This document shows positions 20,357 through 32,700 of a DNA stretch of 64,000 nucleotides, piece after piece. The notes beneath the pieces were generated by a model. That model was not told the DNA's origin. It saw only the letters and a list, made by a program, of their open reading frames with translations, and did not search any database. A program made the translations under genes and the position numbers. Each line of letters starts with the position of its first letter. Position 1 is the first letter of the stretch. The stretch is from Leucoraja erinacea (lineage: Eukaryota), in assembly GCF_028641065.1 (NCBI RefSeq), contig NC_073381.1:39804001-39868000 (forward strand). The letters are read 5' to 3'.

Positions 20357-23300
20357 ATGAGCAACATGGAGGATTGGTGTCGACAGCATTACCTGAACGA
20401 TAACACAATTAATCAGCTAAAACACCAGGTGCTTTTCACACGTGAAGGCATAAATAGCCTGACCAGGAATGACATTGAAAACATGAACATAAGCTTGGGC
20501 CAGAAAACAGCATTAAGACATCTATTATGCTCAGAAAATGCCCAAGCTAGGATGAAGCAAAGCAAGTAAGTTCTGTGTTATGAAGGGTTTAAGTAAATAC
20601 TGTGTGATTGGTGCTTCATTTGTAATGAAAGATGAATATCTACATCCAAACAGAGACAAAAAGAAACTGCAGATGCTGGAATGAGCAAAGAGCTGGAGGA
20701 ACTTAGTGGTTTTGGCAGCGTATGAGGGGGGAATGAGTAGTGGCATTTCAGACTCTGAAGTCAGTCTGAAGATGGGTCCCAACTTGAAACATCATCTGGC
20801 CATTCCCTCCCCAGATGCCGCTTGGCTTACTGAGTTCCTACAGCACTATGTGCTTTGTTCAAATCTGCATATTACTTGAGACTTAAATTAAGTATAAATT
20901 AAGTCTAGTTGAAAGATGCGAATGACCAGCTGAGGGGGTCCTGGTATGTAGGAAATAAACCATCCGAAGCAAACCAAAACGGTAATGCATGCAGAAGAAT
21001 CCAAATCATAGCCATTTCAGATTGCAGATACTTTAATCCTTAATGGGACATCAGGGTAAAGTCTTAAGTTACTATCATCCAGATTCAATTCTTAAGTATT
21101 GAACAAATGAGGTGATTCCAGGAATAATTTAAATAGAAATAAATTCAGAAAACATTAAAAGCGAAATTCCATATATGTAAATAGTTAAGCCCAAGCAATA
21201 ATACAATTTCTCTGGCTTGATAGAAACAGAAAAACTTCAAGAAATTAACCAAATATTTCTAAAATATGAAGTGCCTTTTAAAATTACATGAAAATAGCAG
21301 CAAAGTTTGTCTTCAAACCTTTGAATGAGAGATTTGCGAGAGATATATCGATATTAGTTTGATTGCTTATCAAACTATATCGATTTCTATCTCTCGCAAA
21401 TCTCTGATCAAATCAATGTTGAGAATCAATTGATCAAGACATCCAAAAGTTAGGAAATACATTTTAATAGTGCAAAAAATAAACAAAATTGAGAATTAAC
21501 AAATACTGCCATAATTACAGAATTACAAAGTATTTATGCAAAAATATGCTTCATTGAATTGTGCTCAATTTTACTATGATAAAGATTTTAATGTTATTAA
21601 AAATTAAAAAAATTCCATGATTTTAAATGTGCAAAGATAAATTTAAAAATCAATCGACAAGCCTTATCAACAACTGTATCTGATGCATTCACTGCAGGCA
21701 ATAGGAAAGTTAAGATGTTCTATCAACTGTCACTGAGGAACCAGATCTTTTCATTATAAATTTAAACAGAGAAAATAAAAATTTATTTAGTTGTGTTCTT
21801 CCATTTACCGAACAGTACAGGAACCATTCCTTCGACCCACAATGCCCGTGCTGAACATGATCTTAGGTTAGATGGACACAGATTGCTGGAGTAACTTAGC
21901 AGGTCAGGCAGCAACTCAGGAGAAAAAGGATAGGTGACATTTCGGGTCGGATGGGCCTGACCGCTGAGTTACTCTAGCACTGCGTGTCTATCTTGGATAT
22001 AGACCATCATCTGTTGTTTTTGCATGATGCCAGGTAAATTAATCTTCTCTGCCTGCATGTTATCCATATCCCTTCATTCCCTGAATTTCCATATGCTTAT
22101 TGTATCAATTTACTCCACCACCCATGGCAGCACCTTCCAGGCACCCACTACACTCAAGAGTAAAACAAACTTGCACTGCACATCTCCATTATAGCTTATC
22201 CCTCTCATCTTAAAGTTATGTCTTTGCCATTTCCACCCTGGAAAAAAAGGTTCCTTTTTTTTAATTATTTTTTTTTTATTATTATTTTTAAAAACTGGTT
22301 CCCCCTCAGCCTCTGTGGCTCCAGAGAAAAGAATCCATCTTTGGAATACTAATTCTGATGTTGGACTGAAGAATGTTGTGAATCATTGCAATTTTCTCAG
22401 TCTAAATTTCACAAAAAAAAAATTAAACAAAGAATGTTTCTGTAAAGCTTTATTTGAACATCCAATAATTACAAAGTCAAATTTCACACATTTAATGCAT
22501 CTTAATATCTTTATGCTGAAGTTAATAACTCCAGAGTAAGAAATTGCACACCATCCGTTTTATTTATATTGGAATAATATGTCACTAACAATTTTTAATA
22601 CTTCAGGATTCCACAAACAGATTATATCGATTATGGGTGGATACACAACATTACTGAACTCTTCATTTTGTAAGTGCTCTCAAATTATTAGTTATTTAGT
22701 TTATTTTTGGATCTATGAAAAGTGAAATGCAACACTAAAAAAATAAAAAACTTTTCCCATGTTCGTGATAAGAAATGAAAACTTTACCTTATTTTTCTTT
22801 TGTGGCAATCCTCTCTTTACTTCAATAATCGCATGATGTTTGTGCTTCGGAGGAAGTTATATACACATTTTAAAAATTGGAGCCAAAAAAGTTTTTGTAT
22901 ACAATGACTAACTGCAATCTCTCATTACATAGAATTGTGTTGCGTTAATAATGAAGCACATGTTAAAGAATTTATAGAAACAACTGCAGTGACCGGATTC
23001 TCTTCCATGATCAAAATAGGTGTGACGGTTGTGGAATAGACCCAATTATAGGCACCAGATTTGTGTGCAACCAATGTGACAATTTTGACTACTGCTCTAC
23101 CTGCTTTCACACAAGAAATCATAAAGACCATTCATTTGCCAGAATTGATTATCCAGGTATGTTAGAGTTCTGTCCAGATACCCAATGTCTAACATGTGAT
23201 GCAAAGTTGCACTAAAAAGGAACTCCAACACATAATTCATTTAAAATCCTGGAAACATGCATAATATTGATCGACAAGACATTTATTTTTGTAACCATTG

Positions 23301-24695
23301 CTGACCCGATCTTGCTCAAGCTGGCGTTTCAGAACATCAATCTCTCAACTACTCACGGAATCTAATCCAACCTATTGTAGATGGAACCCAGAATGTCAGA
23401 TTAAAGCACCTTGTCAGCTCTAACCGAATGGCTTCAGCCCCTGCCAAAGGCTGGCATGGTTGTGCCTGGACAGCAGTTCACTTGCTCAGGCTGGTTCACT
23501 GCGGGGTGCGGAGGGTCATATTTGGTGTAGGAGAATAGACCTCACTGTAAATCTAGAGCAGAATGTACGATTTAGTTGGATGCAGATAAACAAGGTTGGT
23601 GGATGGAAAGAACTGCAGATGCTGGTTTAAACCCAAGCCACAAAAAGCTGGAGTAACTCAGCAGGACAGGCAGCATTTCTGGAGAGAAGGAATGGGTGAC
23701 GTTTCGGGTCGAGTCAAGTTGACCCGAAATGTCACCCATTCCTTCTCTCCAGAGGTGCTGTCTGTCCTGCTGAGTAACTCTAGCTTTGAGCCTAACAAGG
23801 TTGCTGGTCCAGGATGAAATGTTTGAGTCAAAGCTAAACGATCCACAAACACAGCTGCCATGATTTGCTTTTATTTAGCTTCCCCCCCCCCCCAAAAAAA
23901 AAGTACACTTTGCATTTATGTTAGCCAAACTAGTTTGAAGTGAAAGACTTCAAGTGAAATCGGCAAGCCGATTTTACCACCACAAAAATAAATGTCAGGT
24001 ACACAGGCTTGACCACAAGCAAATTCAGTCTCCAACATGGCCCCTTAAGAACGACTCCCAAGCTATTCAAATTGAGAAACCCGCTCCTCACCACCACCAG
24101 CATTTAATCCATGGCAAACGTTGCAGACTGGGAGAGGAGCAATGGGCAAAAAGAACATACTATTGGAACATTGCATTCTAAAAGAGATTAATCTTTTAAA
24201 TTGCGCATGTTCATTAATTATACGTGTTCAAATATGGGTCTTTTGCAAATGGCTAATTTTAAATTCCTGCCCCTTTTACAGGAAAACTGTCAGCACAAAG
24301 AGGTGGTAGGTTTGGATGATTTTATCCTTGTCATTAGACCAACCTTTAAAATCGCCCAGTTTCCCCCAAAACATTTGACTTTAGACCAAACAAAAAAAAA
24401 ACTAAGATAATCTGATGTCCCGGCAATACAATACCAAATTCTATCAAAGAATACTGCTCGTGGGCTGAACTGCAAAAACAATTAATCACTGTGTACATAA
24501 AACATGCAACAATAGAATGGTTGATAATTGGACTCAAATCTTATAGCTTTGCTCTTTGATCAGAGCTTTAGTGATTATTTTTTCCCTCTCTCTAGGGTCA
24601 CAATTAATTTATGTTGGAAGATCAGGCAACAAAATACCTCAACAGAAAGATTTTTTACAGTATTGAAAGATAACCGTCAAGATTTGATGTATTGA
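20357..24695 (+). CDS. Putative small SAM-domain-like protein; exons 20353/20357-20565, 22607-22669, 24596-24695 (~123 aa from ATG 20357)
   Basis: Exon A encodes EDWCRQHYLNDNTINQLKHQVLFTREGINSLTRNDIENMNISLGQKTALRHLL (SAM-like W...L...LT..D...M.I.LGQK..L pattern), flanked by catag|G and AA|GTAAGT; exon B has branch point CACTAAC, cttcag|G and TT|GTAAGT; exon C has a polypyrimidine tract/ctag|G, is open to TGA and is followed by AATAAA 24715-24720; all junctions phase 2. Confidence 0.62.
21328..21405. repeat. 78-nt near-perfect hairpin
   Basis: AGAGATTTGCGAGAGATA (21328-21345) pairs perfectly with 21388-21405; the inner stem ATCGATAT(T)AGTTTGAT closes a 5-nt loop. Confidence 0.85.
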
Positions 24696-26791
24696 ATTAA
24701 AGACAAAACTAATCAATAAAATAGAAGCTTCTGGGACAATACCCATGTTTAAATCAATAAGGAAACAATGTGAAATAAATGGAAAATGTTGGATGAAGAG
24801 CTTTTCATGGAGTAAAATGGATGAATTAAAATAATGTTTTTAAAACTGCTGCTTGTTTTCATCTTGCATTCATAAACAGGCACCAAAAGAAAAAGACACT
24901 GCAAATAGCACCTTAATTGAAGATTAAAAATTGGGCGAGTGTATTTGACTATCAAGGGCGTCATGAGTTATGGGGAGAAGGCAAGAGAATGGGGTTGAGG
25001 GGGAAAGAAATCAACCATGATTGAATGGTAGAGTAGACTTGATGGGCTAAATGGTGTCATTCTGCTCCTAAAACTCATGAACAAATTTATGGGAGTATAG
25101 ATGAAGATTAATCACTTTTTCCTTTCTCCCAACCAAAATTGCAGCCGAATCAATACAAATGGCATACTATAGGGAGGCACAGGAAAATACGGTGGTTTTT
25201 TTGGGGTGTAAGAGGAAAAAAAAAGTTCTTCGGAAGAAAAAACCAAGTCAAAATTAGCCACTTGCCAGTCTATTTTAAACTAAAAAAAATGATTGGAGAA
25301 CATTCACTTAGATATCACAAGGTTTTGCAGATTGCTTAAAATCAATATGCAGGTTATGTGATGGCAGACTCTATGCATCTGTGACCTGAATCTGCATTGT
25401 CTAGCATGGTAGCAGAAATATGAACATTTTCCTCCCACCACAGGAGGGGAAATTCATATTTGTTTAAAAAACACACTGGATCACTTGCATTTGTCACAGA
25501 TGATAATTTTGGCCATGGCAAGATACACTAGGTTGTACCAGCACTACTTTTACTAAGGTCCTGTAGGGTAGGAGATACGACAGGGTGGTAAAAGTTTATT
25601 TAAAAAATAAATAAATAAAAGGCACTAAAAAGAAAAAACAGCTTCATAGTAAAGATACTGAAAGCCGATCTAACCAAAGCAGAGTTTCACCTCCAATATT
25701 GCCACATGAACCTTTACACTAAAATAATACAATTGTTCCATGGGACTTGTACAATTTCCAATGTCAGTAAAACCAATTAAGGGTTATTTGCCTGTAATCT
25801 TGAAAGATCAACACCAATCCTATAATCTGTTCAATTGAAAGTTGAACTCCTTTAACGAGTTGAAGGTTAACAAACACAATTAAGATCCTGGCTGGTAGAT
25901 AGATGTGGTAAAGACCATGAAGCTAGTATTTTCCACTGTCAGAGGTGCAGAATTTGGATTGCAGTTTTGCAGATATATCAATTCATGACTTGACCACAAG
26001 ATTTGTCAAGTGCAGTCTTGCAGATCAAATCTGCTCAAAGCAGGTAGGGATACACATTCACTACAGAAATCTTGCCCAGCTATTTAAAAACCTAAAAATA
26101 GTAAGTTGCTTGCAATGTCATAATATTTAGTTTAACCACTTTTGCCAACCCATATTAGTCAATAATTCATAGGACAGACGGTTCAAAAGTACCTGGAATT
26201 AAGTGGGGCATGCAAAGTGGAGATTTGAGATCCACATAAAATATGGTATTAGAGCTACCATGGACTGTATCTACCAGAGAATCTGAAGGAGAGGATGAGA
26301 CAGTTAAAGGGAAGCCAGTTTAATCAATATACTTTTATTTGCCTAATGATACACATGCACTCTTACAAGAATTATTGCAACAATCAAGAAAATTGCCAAA
26401 CCGCTTCCTAGCACCCATTGCCAATACGATCGTGTTAGTCCACCTGGAAATCAAGAGAAGATTGAATACTTTCATACTTCACATGCCAGTTCCCATGCAT
26501 CTGCCCAACCCACTGAAATGTTATATTAGCAATGGATCTGAAAAAAGTACATTCAAATTCATCCAATTTCAGACTTGTGACTTGCTTTATGGGGTTGTGT
26601 GCAATTGCAGCCACTCTTTAGTGCTCAGTTTGCAAGATCACTTATTTGGAAAGTTCCCTCTCCACCCCAAATCAGACTCGGATGGCTTTCCCTCCACCAA
26701 AAAGAAATGCAATAGTAACAAGTCAATTTCAATGCCGGAAAGCACAAACCTTCAGAAAACAATATTGTATGTCATTGATAACTAGAAAAAG

Positions 26792-29700
26792 CTACTCCTC
26801 CAGTAAAAAGTCTGAAGTACATGGGCAGTCTAGCAAAGCATGCCTTCGCAGGAATGTCAGCAAATATATGGAATGGTCATAAAGTGTGTGTTGTAGTGTC
26901 AGTCCCAAGCTTTGCAGAATCAAAACTGCCAATTTAAAATCACTGCCACTTGTAAAGTGCCCATGAAATTCAGCAATATGCCATTCCAAAAAGAAAGTCA
27001 ACTCGCCTTCAGTTTTTGCATGTTCCAACCTGCCAGCAAAAAGCCAAACTTCTCCAAGTGACACATATTCTTTGTGCATGTTCAGGTAGGTACTCTGGCC
27101 TGGAAAAAACACGTTAAAATCTTCACAGAAAATTCAAATTTAAGTAAGCAATATGTACATTAGGTCTCATCAATTACCTTTTTCTACTGTGCATTGTCCA
27201 TCGCAAGAAAAATTTGTATCTGGATTATTAATGCAGATCACAACACTGCAGTGGCCATATATCTACAAATACAATGACAATATCCATTTGGTGAATCAAA
27301 CTACATGTGGTTTCTACATGAAAAGTCAGCAATGTGGACAGATGAAGCAAAACAGTGTTTACTATTAAATTCAAATGGGTGAAGTTTTGCAGTCTCCAGA
27401 CTTACTTTTTCAGGCAACACCGTTTCTGGTGGGAGAGATAGTTTCTGTATTTTTACTTCAAATCTTTTCAGCTGGTGAAAGTTCTGGGTGGTGTTGGATG
27501 CAGGATGGAATGTAGTGACAAATATTTCTTCATTGCTTGCACAACTGTTCAGAAAACAAATTTAGTTTAGACAGATTAGGCATGCAGGTGCAGCAGGCAG
27601 TAAAGAAAGCGAATGGTATGTTAGCTTTCATTGCGAAAAGATTTGAGTATTGGAGCAGGGAGGTTCTACTGCAGTTGTACAGGGTCTTGGTGAGACCACA
27701 CCTGGAGTATTGCGTACAGTTTTGGTCTCCAAATCTGAGTAAGGACATTATTGCCATAGAGGGAGTGCAGAGAAGGTTCACCAGACTGATTCCTGGGATG
27801 TCAGGACTGTCTTATGAAGAAAGACTGGATAGACTTGGTTTATACTCTCTAGAATTTAGGAGATTGCGAGGGGATCTTATAGAAACTTACAAAATTCTTA
27901 AGGGGTTGGACAGGCTAGATGCAGGAAGATTGTTCCCGATGTTGGGGAAGTCCAGGACAAGGGGTCACAGCAAGGATAAGGGGGAAATCCTTTAAAACCG
28001 AGATGAGAAGAACTTTTTTCACACAGAGAGTGGTGAATCTCTGGAACTCTCTGCCACAGAGGGTAGTTGAGGCCAGTTCATTGGCTATATTTAAGAGGGA
28101 GTTAAATGTGGCCCTTGTGGCTAAGGGGATCAGGGGGTATGGAGAGAAGGCAGGTACAGGATACCGAGTTGGATGATCAGCCATGATCATATTGAATGGC
28201 GGTGCAGGCTCGAAGGGCCTACTCCTGCACCCAATTTCTATGTTTCTATGAGGACCAGGGACAGTAACAAGGGATGCACACTTTTTCACTCCTTACCCAG
28301 CCCTGATAACATGCCATTGCGGTAGGCTGTTGCGATCAGGAGTTGTAGTCATCCAGCAATGATCTAACACCAGGTCAGTTTGACGATTGTTATTGTTCAG
28401 AAGCTCAACTTCAAAATAAAGGGTTTGTGTCCAATTCAAAGCCACTGGATATTCTTCATCCTTGTAAAAATCAAAGTAATCAGCAGCTATGGAAACAGAA
28501 GGATTGTGTTTAAAATGGGCAAGTGTGGGGAGTAGCAAACTCATCTTGCTTTTGCAAATAAACATTTTGCTTACTTTTGTAAATCTTAGAGTACAGTTCT
28601 GAAGTATGCCTTGGTCTCTTGACTCCTGGAAGAGGAAATAAACAATTTTTCCACAACAGGTTGACAAGCCAGCCTTCTGTATTCACAACAGACTGGTATA
28701 CAAAGTGTCATAGATGTCTTTTCCAGAACAGGTAATTGAAGGGAGCATAAAGCAATATTTTAACAGACACCAAAATACATTCCCTTGTGGCAAGCTAAAT
28801 ATATCAAAGCATTCAATTTTAATGTACAATATAATTGACCAGAGAGCACTTTTCCCTGGATCTCAGTATATATGTGACAACAATAAGCCATGACCATGGT
28901 GGTAGTGTGTCTATTGTAGAGTTATTTTCAAAGTACTTCACTAATTCAAGCCATACTTACCCCTCACTATTTGCAAATTGGCAGGATGCCGGGCATCTTT
29001 CTGGTATCTCTTCACAACCCCAACAGACAGAGTATTGTTCACTTCAAATCGACAGGTAACTGTTAAACTACGGTTAGGGGAAAGAAAGTGTTACTACTCG
29101 CATCTACATTTAAGTATCGATTTTGTCTAATTCAACCTACCGATAATCAGGGTCTCTAGTTATCACTGGGAAGTTCACAGGAATAACTTCTCTTGGGTAT
29201 GAAACTTCATTCTTATAGATCAAGTAATTCCCACGAATCTAAGAATATTACATAACCACAATTAAAAATTGGATTATTGAATTTTGGAAGCCTTAATGAG
29301 ACACGTACAAGGGAGCCTCCCATCCACTCAACTGTTCTGGTGGTGCCACAACTATTAATGTTGAACTTAAAGAGTGCTTTATGATCGTTAAATTCTTTTG
29401 GTTGGCATTTTCCATCATTTAGAACCATTTTACCAGGATCCAGGTCAGGTAGTGTATCCACAACTGCCGTGATCACCATTGTTCCATTTGGAAAGCACAC
29501 TAACAAGGAAATTAAATAGTTAGATACTTGCAAGATTTGAAAAACACACACCTTCATTTTATTTTTTTGAAAAACCCCCCAAAAATAAATAAATCGTGCC
29601 TGCAAGATCTCCAGGAAGAAAATTGCAGGCTACAGAAAAGTGAATCTGAATCTTCATTGTATTTTTGTCCTTCAATGTCAGGTTGAGTCTTGCTGCAATT

Positions 29701-32700
29701 CTTTGAAGACTCAGTTCCTGAGGAGGAGCCAGAGAACAAGTTACTCAGAAAATTGGGAAATAAAAGTGTGGAGGCACAAAATAAAAATTACATACCTCAT
29801 AAATCACACTCCTTCCAGAAAGTGGAACACCAATTAAAATATGGGTTGCATTATCCACAAGCAAGTATCCATAATTTTGTGAAGATTGTTGTGTTATCAG
29901 AAGGTCATCAATGAATGGAAGCCAATAGTCGACTAAATTTCCTTGAGTTACTAGTAGATACAAGTTCTTATCATCACAGTACCCAGTAGCCTTGGGCAAT
30001 ACTGGAGGAAAGAGAAAATAATTAAACTACAGATGAACTCTGCTTCAACATGAAGGAAGGAAGTGTTTGATTACTCACCAATATCTGGTATTTCATGTAC
30101 TATTTTTACATGCTGATGAAAAGGTTCATTTTCTGGAATTATTTTGAATATATAGATGACATCAAATATGTAGAGGCGAATGTTAGTATGTAGGTGCTGG
30201 AAGACAAAAATGATCCACTTGGCATGTCAAAGCAAGTTGTTTATTTGTTGTACAAAAATGACCAAACATTTTCCTTTTGATTATCCTTTATCATACACCT
30301 TCCAAGCAAAAGTTATGAACAGTCAATCCAAGGTTCATATCAACCAAGTTATTTACATTTTAAACATTATTAAATGCCCAAAAGGAGAGAATGAAATAGA
30401 TATTTTGGTGATGCAGTTTCTTTTAATTCCAAGAGTGGGAAGCTTATTCAGAATTGTAATATCCTTTTCAGCATCGTGTGGCAAAATGAGAAAAAGTCTG
30501 GCAATCCCATCATGGAAACACTGAAGCAGTCAGATCTGATGACAACCTTGCCTTTATGAGCAAGAGAGTTTCAATACCAGGGCAGATTTAATAACAAAGT
30601 TAGGTACCTCTGTGGCACCATCAACATGTTGGATGGTGTGCAATGTTTTACCCCATTGACACAAAAGTAACCCAAATCAAAATTTGAATTAGTGCTAGTG
30701 CAAATTTACTCTCAAATTAATTGCAATTTTGTTTAATAGCTCAAAGTAGTGAGACAAGCTTCACTGCGTTTACTTAGTTCAAGATTACTCGATCAGCAAA
30801 TGATGAATTCAACCAATCGTTATGTAGCCTTGCAATAGTAGGACCTCAAAGATTATGGGATAACCATCCAGTCAAGCATTCAATTCAGAATTTGAAAGTT
30901 AGATTGGTTACTTTACCTCTTGCTCTATATTTTCATTCTCAAATGGAACTTCCACTACGTAGACTTTGGTGTTGTTAGGCAGTGGCATTTCATAGATTGT
31001 GAACCCAGTCTTGTTTGCCTCATCCACTGGGATTATCTGTGTACCTACAGTTAAAGCTACAAGCTCTACATCAGGAAGGAAGTTTCCTACAGAAACATTG
31101 AATGTGCGCTTTTCTGGAATGGTATCTGCAAGGGGAAAAAAATAATAAAAAAAATTATTCATTGCATTATTCCACATAAGTAGTCCTACTCACAATACTT
31201 ACTATTGGTCACAATTGGTGGCCGAGGCATGAAGGGAGAGGCAACTGGATGGATGATTGTGTATTTGGTCAGCTCCCATTGATGTTCTGCAAGCAGTTCT
31301 ATCGAGTACACAATGCCGTACTGTCCTTGAACTACATGGCTCTAAAACACAAGTTAATGATGGATTAAGTAGCAGTCACAACTGCACTTTACGAATTTAA
31401 AACCTCACTGATAAGTGTACAAACCTTATAATTTCCACCTTTTGCTCCAATAGGAATAGTGACAACAATGTTTGTGTCATTGTATGCCAGTGGATAATTC
31501 AGCTCTGCCATTTTATCTGGGGTTAGAGGAACACCATTAACTCCCAAAACAATAGAGTTATCATAGAACTGTTCTTCATGAGAGGAAAGTGTTGGGATGA
31601 CTCTTGGTATTCTCCAGATGATCTCATCTTCAGTGTAAGTAGTGCCACCTGTTAAAGAGCAAGAATGCCTTTTAGCTTTTATACTTCACCTATAGGTGAT
31701 GACTAACATGTCCAACACTCAACCAGATAAGCAATATTGGTGGACAAAACCACAATTCAAATTGATCAAGATTGCATGCAACACGTCTTGGCATCAGTTC
31801 ACCATATTGATACACAAAGGCCATCTACACATGCTGGTTTAGATTACATGTAGAAGAAAATCATTAAGGGTTGTGGCACTTTAACTGTATACATGAGGGG
31901 TGGGGTAAGGAAAAAGGGGGAAACTTGATAACCAAAAAAATATTCACCTGTAGGACAGGCCACTGTTGTGTCAATCAAGAGGATCATCCATTCTTGTTTG
32001 TAGAAAGTAGTTGATCGAATGCTTGAAATGGGGCACATTTTCTACCTAGCAATGTATTATAGAGAGTTATTGCAGAAATAGATTTGTCAAATTACTTTTT
32101 GTAAAGCAATTTTGCACTCACCAGTAACAGTTCAACTTCAGTTGCATTGTAGGGAGCTCTTAACAATAGACGTGAAACTGTAGTGTCAATTCTGTAATGA
32201 TTACTCAATGTTTCATTGACAGTCATTGTCTCCATTCCTTCAGGAAGATGAAATACAACTTGCCAAATGGCATTTTCAGCTTCTTGAGCCTAAATAGTGG
32301 AGAATAAAGTTAATGCAAGCAGTTTGTGCTCAACAGAGGGGAGAAATGAAAACAGTAAGCAACTTACAGATGGAACTGCTGCCATCCAATCTTCATTGTG
32401 GTCATTCTCAATTCCTGGTATTACTCTTTGTACTGAAACCTAACCAAGAAAAAAGCAAAAATGTTGCAATTATACCGCAAAACTCGTAATGTGTACAACT
32501 AAATTTCCCATCAATTGTTGAGCCTCCCAGAGGCATCATGGGACCCCAACTCAATGAAACACCAGTGATGGGAGGCACATTTTAGCACTGTATAGGCAGT
32601 GCCCATCTTTTGACCTATATTCAGAGATGTGATTGAAAATGAACATTAAATTAGAATTATTAGTGTGAATAAGTGACTTAGATCCCCTTTAAAGAGAATC

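Noticed and set aside
23610-23785. Palindromic repeats as a CRISPR-like array or ncRNA genes
   Set aside because: They are dispersed copies of a common short repeat with no regular repeat-spacer periodicity, in a eukaryotic context
30616-30638. Short palindrome CACCATCAACATGTTGGATGGTG in ZPAX-a intron 11
   Set aside because: Too short to distinguish from chance
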